64,000 nucleotides of DNA from Candidatus Saccharimonadia bacterium. GTDB taxonomy: Bacteria > Patescibacteriota > SICC01. Of this stretch, positions 36,239 through 44,053 are shown piece by piece (the first letter of the stretch is position 1; each line of letters opens with the position of its first letter). Under the pieces are notes generated by a model. That model was not told the origin of the DNA, made no database searches, and saw only the letters and a list, made by a program, of their open reading frames with translations. Position numbers and translations under genes: made by a program. The DNA is taken from assembly GCA_025449535.1 (NCBI GenBank), contig JANWJF010000001.1, forward strand, positions 219,406 to 283,405, read 5' to 3'.

Positions 36239-37587
36239 GACACGCGCTGGCGCTGGCAACGGCACGCGTCCTGGCCGCCGCCGCGCGGCGGCGCGGCGGC
36301 GGCGCGACCAGCCTGCCCGGCCTGGCAGCACTCAAGCTGGATCCCGGCTTCATCCGCCGCCGGTCGCGGCGGCTGGCAGGCAGCGTGGTCGTCACCGGCA
36401 CCAACGGGAAGACCACGACCGCCCGGTTCCTCGGCGCCGCCTTCGGCGCGGCGGGACGGTCCGTCGTGCACAATCAGTCCGGATCGAACCTGCTCCGCGG
36501 CATCGCCTCCACCCTGGCGGCTGCGCGACTTCCCAGCTCCGGCCGGAAACCCTGGGGGGTCCTCGAGGTCGACGAAGCGACGGTACCCGGCGCCTGCCGG
36601 GAGCTCCGGCCCCGGGTCGTGGTGGTGACCAACCTGTTCCGGGACCAGCTCGACCGCTACGGCGAGCTGAAGCGGACCGCCGAATACCTCCGTACCGGCC
36701 TGGCGTCCCTGCCGAAGTCGAGTACGGTCGTCCTTAACGCGGACGACCCGCTAGTGGCCTCGCTCGGCAAGGGTCTGAAGTGCCGGGTCCGGTACTACGG
36801 CATCGAGGACGTGTCCCGGTCTCGGCCGAGCCTGCCGCACGCCGCCGACGCCGTCTCGGACCCCAAGAGCGGCGCCCTGCTTCGTTACGAGGCGGTCTTC
36901 GTCGGCCACCTCGGCCACTACCGTGGCACCTCGCTGCGCCGGCCGAAGCCCCAGGTCCGGCTGACCGCCTTCCGGACCGGCGGTGCCGTGGAGGTCCGCT
37001 CCGGCCGCCAGACCGTCGGGCTGACGCTCAAGCTGCCGGGAACCTACAACGCGTACAACGCCCTGGCGGCCCTGGCGGCGGCCGAGGCGGCGGGCATCGA
37101 CGTCGCGAAGGCCGCCGAGGCAGTCTCCGCGACGACGGCCGCCTTCGGACGCCAGGAATCGGTCGAGGTCGGCGGGCGGGCAGTACGCATCGGCCTGATC
37201 AAGAACCCGACCGGCGCCGACGAGGTCATCCGCACGCTGGCGGAAGCGCCCGGGAAGAAGCGGATACTGGTCCTGATCAACGACAACTTCGCGGACGGCC
37301 GGGACGTCTCCTGGCTCTGGGACACGGACTTCGAGACGCTCCGGGGGCGGACTGAACGGATCGCGGTCGGTGGCCTCCGCGGCCGGGACATGGCGCTCCG
37401 GCTGAAGTACGCCGGTTTCCCGACCGGCGACCTGCCGAGGTACGGGTCCGTCGAGGAGGCGTTGCGAGAGGAACTCCGGCAGGTCCCGGAAGGCGGGACG
37501 CTGGACGTCCTACCGACGTACACGGCGATGCTGGAGCTCCGCCGGACGCTGGCACAGGCCGGCCACGTGAAGCACTTTTTGGATTAG
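36235..37587 (+). CDS. murT: Lipid II isoglutaminyl synthase subunit MurT
   Basis: TGTNGKTTT, GSNL..G, EVDE, NLFRDQLDRYGE, KNPTG, DGRDVSWLWD, TYTAML. Confidence 0.95.
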   Translation: MRHALALATARVLAAAARRRGGGATSLPGLAALKLDPGFIRRRSRRLAGSVVVTGTNGKTTTARFLGAAFGAAGRSVVHNQSGSNLLRGIASTLAAARLPSSGRKPWGVLEVDEATVPGACRELRPRVVVVTNLFRDQLDRYGELKRTAEYLRTGLASLPKSSTVVLNADDPLVASLGKGLKCRVRYYGIEDVSRSRPSLPHAADAVSDPKSGALLRYEAVFVGHLGHYRGTSLRRPKPQVRLTAFRTGGAVEVRSGRQTVGLTLKLPGTYNAYNALAALAAAEAAGIDVAKAAEAVSATTAAFGRQESVEVGGRAVRIGLIKNPTGADEVIRTLAEAPGKKRILVLINDNFADGRDVSWLWDTDFETLRGRTERIAVGGLRGRDMALRLKYAGFPTGDLPRYGSVEEALREELRQVPEGGTLDVLPTYTAMLELRRTLAQAGHVKHFLD

Positions 37588-37600
37588 ACTGGGCCACGTC

Positions 37601-38332
37601 ATGCATCTTCGAATCGCACACCTCTACCCCCGCCGGATGAGCATCTACGGCGATCGCGGCAACGTGACGACACTGGTTCGCCGCGCCCGCTGGCGGGACA
37701 TCGCCGTCAGTGTCGACGAGGTCGAGCGGGAGGATGCGCTCGAAGCCAAGCGGTACGACCTGTTCTTCTTCGGCGGCGGCCAGGACCAGGAGCAGGACAC
37801 GGTCGCCCGGGACCTTGCCAAGAAGGGTCCTGGTATCCGGGAGGCGATCCGCGGTGGAGCGGCGGCGCTGGCCGTCTGCGGTGGCTACCAACTGTTCGGT
37901 CGATACTATCAGCCCGCCGAAGCCGACCGGCTCGCAGGTATCGGGATATTCGACGCGCACACCGAGGCCGGCCCGCGGCGGTTTATCGGCAACGTCACGG
38001 CAACGCCGGAAGCGGACGGGCTCGGCGGCATCCCGCTGGTCGGGTTCGAGAACCATTCCGGCCTGACCTTCCTCGGGGGGACGGCCCGGCCGCTGGCCGT
38101 CGTGCGGACCGGACACGGCAACAATGGCCATGATAAGACTGAGGGCTGCGTCGCCGGTTCCGCCGTCGGCACCTATCTGCACGGCTCCCTGCTCCCGAAG
38201 AATCCCCACCTCGCCGACTGGCTGCTGCTCCGGGCGCTCCGGCGACGGCACACCGACCTTCCGGGGCTCCGCCCACTGGACGACGCCTTGGAGCAGGACG
38301 TGAACGAATCATTGGCCGGGAGGGCAGCGTGA
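37601..38332 (+). CDS. gatD: Lipid II isoglutaminyl synthase glutaminase subunit GatD
   Basis: YGDRGN, GGGQD, VCGGYQL, GFENH, YLHGSLLPKNP. Confidence 0.95.
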   Translation: MHLRIAHLYPRRMSIYGDRGNVTTLVRRARWRDIAVSVDEVEREDALEAKRYDLFFFGGGQDQEQDTVARDLAKKGPGIREAIRGGAAALAVCGGYQLFGRYYQPAEADRLAGIGIFDAHTEAGPRRFIGNVTATPEADGLGGIPLVGFENHSGLTFLGGTARPLAVVRTGHGNNGHDKTEGCVAGSAVGTYLHGSLLPKNPHLADWLLLRALRRRHTDLPGLRPLDDALEQDVNESLAGRAA

Positions 38333-38985
38333 ACGCGTCTGGAGAGCGGGCGATTGCCAAGCTCTTGCTGGAAACGGATGCGATCTCCCTGAACCCGGAA
38401 GATCCCTACCGAGGAGTATCCGGTGTGTACACTCCGATCTATACCGACGCCCGAACGCTCCTCAGTCATCAACCGGAACGCAAGCGGGTCGGCGCTGCGA
38501 TGGAGGCTCTGGTCCGGCGGCATTTCCCGAGGATAGAAGTGATTGCAGGCGTCGCCACGTCCGGCATTCCGTGGGCATCATGGATCGCCGCGGCGATGAA
38601 CCTTCCGCTGATATACGTGCGCGGACAATCGAAACGGTACGGCAAGCAGTCACAAGTGGAAGGAGTCTTGCCACCCGGCAGCTCGACAGTGATCATTGAC
38701 GACGTCATCAATACCGGCAAGAGCACGCTCGATGCGATCAAGGCGGTGCGCAAGGCCGGCGGGCAAGTGGCAGGAGTGGCGGCTATCTCGACCTATTCCC
38801 TTGCTCCCGCCTCCGAAGCGTTCCGCCGCGAAAGCATCGCGCTCTTCACATTAACGAACCGGAAAGCGATCCTGGACCAAGCCGTGCAAACGGGCATGAT
38901 GTCGGAAGAGGGTATCGCGGTCGTAAACGAGTGGGCGGCAGACCCCTTCAAATGGAAAGCTAAACGAGGTGCCTCGCATGTCTGA
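38329..38985 (+). CDS. pyrE: Orotate phosphoribosyltransferase
   Basis: SG..TPIYTD, GVATSGIPWA, YVR...K..G, IIDDVINTGKS. Confidence 0.93.
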   Translation: MNASGERAIAKLLLETDAISLNPEDPYRGVSGVYTPIYTDARTLLSHQPERKRVGAAMEALVRRHFPRIEVIAGVATSGIPWASWIAAAMNLPLIYVRGQSKRYGKQSQVEGVLPPGSSTVIIDDVINTGKSTLDAIKAVRKAGGQVAGVAAISTYSLAPASEAFRRESIALFTLTNRKAILDQAVQTGMMSEEGIAVVNEWAADPFKWKAKRGASHV

Positions 38986-39811
38986 CCGGCTGCACCAGAC
39001 ATTCGCCGAACGGGCCGAGCTGGCGGCCAGCGCCGTCGCACAACGGCTCTTCAAGTTGATGACGAAGAAGGAGTCGAACCTATGCCTGGCGCTAGACGAG
39101 ACCGATCCCGACCGTTTCCTGACCGTCGCCGAGTCCCTCGGACCGCATCTGGCCGTCTTGAAGACCCACATCGACACGCTTTCGTCCTTTACGTCCAAGC
39201 TCACGATCGAACTGGCAAACCTCGCTCGGGAGCATGACTTCCTGATCTTCGAGGACCGGAAGTTCGCGGATACCGGCACGACCGTCAAGAACCAATACAC
39301 CAAAGGACTCTACTCGATCATGGAATGGGCGGATATCGTAAACGCCCATGCCCTGCCTGGCCCAAGTATTGTCGAAGGGTTGCGTGAGGAAGTGGAGAAC
39401 CGGGATCTATTGGAGCGACGCGCTATCCTGCTACTTGCTCAGATGAGTCCCAAGGGCAACATGCTTGATGCCGCGTACACGAAGAAGGTCGTCGCCATGG
39501 CAAAGGAGTACCCCGATTTCGTGATGGGGTTCGTAGGCACGGGGCCGAAAGCATTACCCGCCCTGGCCAGGGAGGCGGATCCGGGCCAAGTCATCTTCGC
39601 CCCCGGGGCAAAGATCGGCGAGAAGGACAAGCTCGGACCGCGGTACTCGCCGCCGGAGGATTTGGTCGAGGCTGGCGCGGACGTCCTGATCGTCGGCCGC
39701 GGCATCTGGGAGGACCCCAAGCCGCTTCGCATGGCAAAGGATTACCGCGAACGGTGCTGGGGAGCCTACCAGCAACGGATCGCCGCGCCGAAGGTCGGCA
39801 AGAAGAAGTAG
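38978..39811 (+). CDS. pyrF: Orotidine-5'-phosphate decarboxylase (URA3/UMPS-like)
   Basis: NLCLALD, LKTHID, FEDRKFAD, WADIVNAH, IVGRGI. Confidence 0.95.
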   Translation: MSDRLHQTFAERAELAASAVAQRLFKLMTKKESNLCLALDETDPDRFLTVAESLGPHLAVLKTHIDTLSSFTSKLTIELANLAREHDFLIFEDRKFADTGTTVKNQYTKGLYSIMEWADIVNAHALPGPSIVEGLREEVENRDLLERRAILLLAQMSPKGNMLDAAYTKKVVAMAKEYPDFVMGFVGTGPKALPALAREADPGQVIFAPGAKIGEKDKLGPRYSPPEDLVEAGADVLIVGRGIWEDPKPLRMAKDYRERCWGAYQQRIAAPKVGKKK

Positions 39812-39812
39812 C

Positions 39813-41324
39813 CTACGCCGGCTGTCCCGCCAGTCGTTCCCGATACTGCAGCGCTTCCGCTACGTGCGTCTCCGAGACGCCGACCTCGCCGGCCAGGTCG
39901 GCGATCGTCCGCGCCACCCGCAGGACCCGGTGGCATCCTCGTACCGAAAGGTGCCAGCGGTCGACCGCCCGCTCCAGAAGCGACCCGGTCTCGCTAGAGA
40001 CCGCGGCATGGCGTTCCAGTTCCGCCAAGGTCATGCCGGCGTTGACACGGTCCGGGCCGAGTCGGTCCGCCTGCCGCTGCCGGGCGGCGGCCACGCGCTC
40101 CCGGACACGGGCCGTTGATTCGCCCTCCGGTAACGACAGTTCACCGTAGGCCAGCCGGGGCACGACCGCCAGGATGTCGAACCGGTCCCGGATCGGGCCC
40201 GACAGTCGCTGCTGGTACCGGGACACCGTCAACGGACTGCAGCTGCAGGGGCGGGCCGGGTCTCCCGCGAAACCACAGGGACACGGGTTCTGGCTGCCGA
40301 CCAACATGCATCCGGTCGGAAACTCCAACGTCTCGCGGACCCGGCTGATCCGGACGTACCCGTCCTCGAGCGGAGCCCGGAGTCCCTCTAATACGGATGG
40401 CGGGAACTGCGGCAGTTCGTCGAGGAACAGTACGCCGCGATGCGCCAAGGTCACCTCGCCCGGCCGCGGGTGGCTGCCGCCGCCGATCAGTCCGGCCAGC
40501 GAGACGGAGTGGTGCGGGCTGCGGAACGGCCGGCTGCGCACCAGCGGCTGGTCCGGCGGCAGGATGCCCGCCACGCTGTGGGCCGCCGTGATCTCCAGTA
40601 GCTCCTCGCGCGAGGGAGGAGGCAAGAGCCCCGGCAGCGCCTTGGCCAATAGGCTCTTGCCGGTGCCCGGCGGTCCGGTCAGGAGCAGGTTGTGGCCGCC
40701 CGCTGCCGCTACCTCCAACGCCCGCTTGGCGTGCGCCTGGCCGCGGATCTCCGAGAGGTCCGTGGCCGGGGTCGGCGAGCCTTCCAACTTCACGGGCAGT
40801 TCCGGTCGGCGGAATCGCTCCCCGCGGAGATGTGCCGCCAGCTCGGTGACGGACGTCATGCCGAACACCGTGAGCCCTGCCGCCATCGCGGCCTCGGCCG
40901 CGTTCCCCCGCGGGACCACCAGGGCCCGTACCCCGTGCGCCGCCGCGCCGAGGGCCACCGGCAGCGTCCCGTGTACCGGCTGGAGCGTGCCGTCCAACGA
41001 GAGTTCCCCGAGGAAGAGCGTCGCCTCGTCGGGCGGCGGGACCTGTTCCGTGGCCGCCAGGATCCCCACAGCGATCGGCAGGTCAAGTCCGGAGCCGGCT
41101 TTCCGCGTGGCGGCAGGCGCCAGGTTGACCGTGATCCGCCGGGCCGGCAGTTCCCCGCCCGCCTGACGGATCGCCGCCCGGACCCGCTCGCGGCTCTCGT
41201 CCACCGCCTTGTCCGGCAGGCCGACGATGGAGAGTCCCGGCAGGCCGGAGGATACCTCGACCTCCACGGTCACCGGTTGCATCGCCAGGCCCGACAGCGT
41301 CGCCGTCCGTACCCGTGCCACCAT
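39813..41324 (-). CDS. YifB/ComM family Mg-chelatase-like AAA+ ATPase
   Basis: VGLPD.AV.ESRERV, NLAPA, GPPGTGKS, FRSPHH, LAHRGVLFLDE, NPCPCG, ARTIADL. Confidence 0.96.
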   Translation of the reverse strand: MVARVRTATLSGLAMQPVTVEVEVSSGLPGLSIVGLPDKAVDESRERVRAAIRQAGGELPARRITVNLAPAATRKAGSGLDLPIAVGILAATEQVPPPDEATLFLGELSLDGTLQPVHGTLPVALGAAAHGVRALVVPRGNAAEAAMAAGLTVFGMTSVTELAAHLRGERFRRPELPVKLEGSPTPATDLSEIRGQAHAKRALEVAAAGGHNLLLTGPPGTGKSLLAKALPGLLPPPSREELLEITAAHSVAGILPPDQPLVRSRPFRSPHHSVSLAGLIGGGSHPRPGEVTLAHRGVLFLDELPQFPPSVLEGLRAPLEDGYVRISRVRETLEFPTGCMLVGSQNPCPCGFAGDPARPCSCSPLTVSRYQQRLSGPIRDRFDILAVVPRLAYGELSLPEGESTARVRERVAAARQRQADRLGPDRVNAGMTLAELERHAAVSSETGSLLERAVDRWHLSVRGCHRVLRVARTIADLAGEVGVSETHVAEALQYRERLAGQPA

Positions 41325-41418
41325 GTCACTATGGTAGCTTGTTTAAAAGCAATAGTCGACACGAGGCCTCCCGCGGGCCGACTACCGACCACGGACCATG
41401 GGCTGTTAAACTGAAGCC

Positions 41419-41796
41419 GTGAGCAAACGAAAGCGCAAGCGGAAGCCGTCACGGCGCCAGCGCCAGGCCGGGATCGACCGGCCGGCCAAGCGTCCGGCGG
41501 ACCCGGCGGCGGTCACTCCGGAGCCGGCCACGGATCCGGAGGTTCCGGAGACCGTCGCGGAAACACCGACTCCCGGCACGCCCGATCCCGCTCCCACGGT
41601 CACCGCGGTTTTCCGCCCGTCGACCAAGTCGGAAGCGGTCGTCTCGCTCGAGCAGGAGTACATCGGCCACGATCTGCGGCGCCTCGGCGTCCTGATAGCG
41701 GCCTTGGCGACGGCGCTGACCGGAGTCGCCGTGCTCCAAGCCCAGACGAATCTGATCGGCGAACTCGGCGCTTGGCTGTTCACGTGGTGGAATTAA
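41419..41796 (+). CDS. Hypothetical membrane protein
   Basis: Basic N-terminus, EYIGHDLRRL then a TM helix; TAAACT 6 nt upstream. Confidence 0.75.
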   Translation: MSKRKRKRKPSRRQRQAGIDRPAKRPADPAAVTPEPATDPEVPETVAETPTPGTPDPAPTVTAVFRPSTKSEAVVSLEQEYIGHDLRRLGVLIAALATALTGVAVLQAQTNLIGELGAWLFTWWN

Positions 41797-41878
41797 TCTT
41801 GTCCGTGCGTAAGAATCCCGCTATCCTGGGCACGAATGACCGAAACGACCGTCCCAGCGTGATTCGAAAGGTGCGACC

Positions 41879-42460
41879 ATAGCTTCCAAAAAGTATCGGC
41901 TCGGCGAGGCCATCCGCGCGCCTAAGCTTCGGGTAGTCGACGGTGAGAATAACCAGCTCGGCCTCCTCTCGCGAGAGGAGGCGCTCGAGAAGGCCCGGGC
42001 CGCCAACCTGGACCTGGTCGAGGTCGCGCCGCAGGCCGAACCGCCCGTCGCCCGGATCATGGACTTCGGGAAGTTCCAGTACGAGCAGAAGAAGCAGGCC
42101 AAGCAGCAGAAAAAGCAACGGGCCGGGCTGGTGAAGGAGATCCGGCTCTCGATGAAGATCGGCGCCCACGACCTGGAGTACCGGCTGAAGAAGGCCAGGG
42201 GATTCCTCGAGGAAGGCCAGAAGGTGAAGTTCAACCTGATGATGAAGGGCCGCGAGAACGCGAACCCCAAGGCGGCCATGCAGCGCGTGAAGGATATCGT
42301 CGCCGAGCACATTCCGGAAGCGGAGGCCGAAGCGGACCCCGTCCGGGCCGGCCGCAGCATCTCGATGGTGGTCGCGCCTCCGAAGGGCGGCTTCAAGGAC
42401 CCTGTACCGGAAACGGACGAATCCGGCGCGGATTCGAAGGACGTCCCCACGGACGAATAG
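41879..42460 (+). CDS. infC: Translation initiation factor IF-3 (probable ATA start)
   Basis: Frame extends 60 codons upstream of the track ORF: IASKKYRLGEAIRAPKLRVV...LDLVEVAPQAEPPVARIMDFGKF; GAAAGGTG 5 nt upstream. Confidence 0.95.
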   Translation: MASKKYRLGEAIRAPKLRVVDGENNQLGLLSREEALEKARAANLDLVEVAPQAEPPVARIMDFGKFQYEQKKQAKQQKKQRAGLVKEIRLSMKIGAHDLEYRLKKARGFLEEGQKVKFNLMMKGRENANPKAAMQRVKDIVAEHIPEAEAEADPVRAGRSISMVVAPPKGGFKDPVPETDESGADSKDVPTDE

Positions 42461-42509
42461 ACCCATAGCCCGCAGATGTGCCTACGGGCTATGGATTGCT
42501 GGCTTCGGA

Positions 42510-42929
42510 CTACTTGCTCTTCAGTTCGTCGATCTTCTTCACGACCTCGGCGTCATCCTGCATGTTCTCCCAAAACAGGACTGACGTCTTGGCAATGGTC
42601 ATCTTCTGTTCGGGCCGGGTCAGGTCGTTCTGGTCGATCCGGGCCAGCGTCAGTCGGGACTGGGCGTCCGGCGCCGGACTTGGGTTGGCCACGTTGCCCT
42701 GCGACTGCACCTGGTAAGCGTCCGTGAGCGTGACGTAGTCACCGCCCAAGCCGGACAGCTTGCCGAAGTACACCTGGCCGTTGGTCAGGAACACCGCCTG
42801 GTACTTGCCGTAATCGGGCTGTTCCTGGACCTGCTCGATTACCATCTTGCCAATGAACAGCACGACGACCACCACGGCGAGGCCGATCAGCCATTGCCGC
42901 GCGTTGATTACTTTGAGTCGTTGAAACAT
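42510..42929 (-). CDS. Conserved membrane-anchored protein (YQAVFLxNGQVYFG family)
   Basis: One TM, YQAVFLTNGQVYFGKL, VLFWENM; paralog at 55965-56393. Confidence 0.85.
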   Translation of the reverse strand: MFQRLKVINARQWLIGLAVVVVVLFIGKMVIEQVQEQPDYGKYQAVFLTNGQVYFGKLSGLGGDYVTLTDAYQVQSQGNVANPSPAPDAQSRLTLARIDQNDLTRPEQKMTIAKTSVLFWENMQDDAEVVKKIDELKSK

Positions 42930-43075
42930 ATGGATTCCTTTTTTGTTTTATGCCTGCTTCTGCCTTGTATGGTACCCCAAAGTCAGGCTGTTTCCAGCCT
43001 GACTGGTCTTCCTGGTGATCTCCGCTGAAGTGGCCCGGCCTTGCGCCAAGGCACGGTCGGCAAGACCGGGCCGCT

Positions 43076-43972
43076 TCAGGGTTGATCGGATACGTTCGGG
43101 ATCGCCACACCGTTGATCGACGGCGCGATGTTCCGGGAGCTGCGCAGGACGGCGGCCGTCCCGCCGAACGGCGAGAGGTACCGCCACTTGATCCCTACCG
43201 CTGAGTTGGCAGGGACCGTGAACGTACAGTTGGAGTAGAGCGGCGTGTAGGTCCGCGCGTAGCTCAGCGCCTCGCCGCCGTTACAGTCCTTGCCGTTGAC
43301 GCTCAGCGTCACGGACATGCCGGTGCCTTCCGTGTTCCGGCCGGTTAGCTTGCCGCTCAGGACCAGCGTCTCCTTGGTCGGGCCGGTCCGGTGGGTACAT
43401 TCGGTACCCGGCACGTCCGCGAACGAACGTGACGTGGTGGTGGCGTCCGGGCCGGTCTCCGCCAGGCAGCTCACCGAGCGCGCTTGGCCGGTGTCGCCAC
43501 CGGACGGGGCCGGGTAGTCGGTCTCCTCGACCGACGTCGGCCCTGCGGACGGGACGGCCTTCGGCTTGCCGTCCTCCTGGCCGAGCAGTCCTTTGCCCAG
43601 GAAGTACGCCCCCGTGACCACAGCCAGGATCAGGATGGCGATGACGCCCCACTTGATCGTCCGCAACGTGCCGTGGAGCGAGTCCGACGGATCCGGCGCG
43701 GGAGCCGCCGCCTGCGGGCGCGGGTCGGGCGGAGGGGGCGGCGGAGGCGCGGATTCGTGCTGCGGCACGGGCGCGGGATGCGGAGCGGTATGCTCCGGCG
43801 CGGGCTTACGCACCCGGTGCGGTTCCGGCTTGGGCTCCGGATTCGGGTCGGGCACGTGGTCGTAGACCGGCTGCCCGTCCGGACCCAGCGGCGCGGCCAG
43901 CGCCTCGCCGGGCTTCGAGACACGGCGGTCCTTATCCGGACGTTCCCCGTTCTGGTGGCGGACGTCGTTCAC
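43076..43972 (-). CDS. Pro-rich single-TM protein with a beta domain paralogous to the giant protein's C-terminus
   Basis: Shares C....PA...V.IKW.....GGTA.V.R.S....P.(I/V)NG.A with the end of 44054-51847. Confidence 0.85.
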   Translation of the reverse strand: MNDVRHQNGERPDKDRRVSKPGEALAAPLGPDGQPVYDHVPDPNPEPKPEPHRVRKPAPEHTAPHPAPVPQHESAPPPPPPPDPRPQAAAPAPDPSDSLHGTLRTIKWGVIAILILAVVTGAYFLGKGLLGQEDGKPKAVPSAGPTSVEETDYPAPSGGDTGQARSVSCLAETGPDATTTSRSFADVPGTECTHRTGPTKETLVLSGKLTGRNTEGTGMSVTLSVNGKDCNGGEALSYARTYTPLYSNCTFTVPANSAVGIKWRYLSPFGGTAAVLRSSRNIAPSINGVAIPNVSDQP

Positions 43973-44053
43973 GCCACTCTCCCTTCGACGGAAATCCGCG
44001 CAGCCCGAACCAGCCGTGCTCCTTGTGTGCCTTGCGAACTCATGGCGTCTCCC

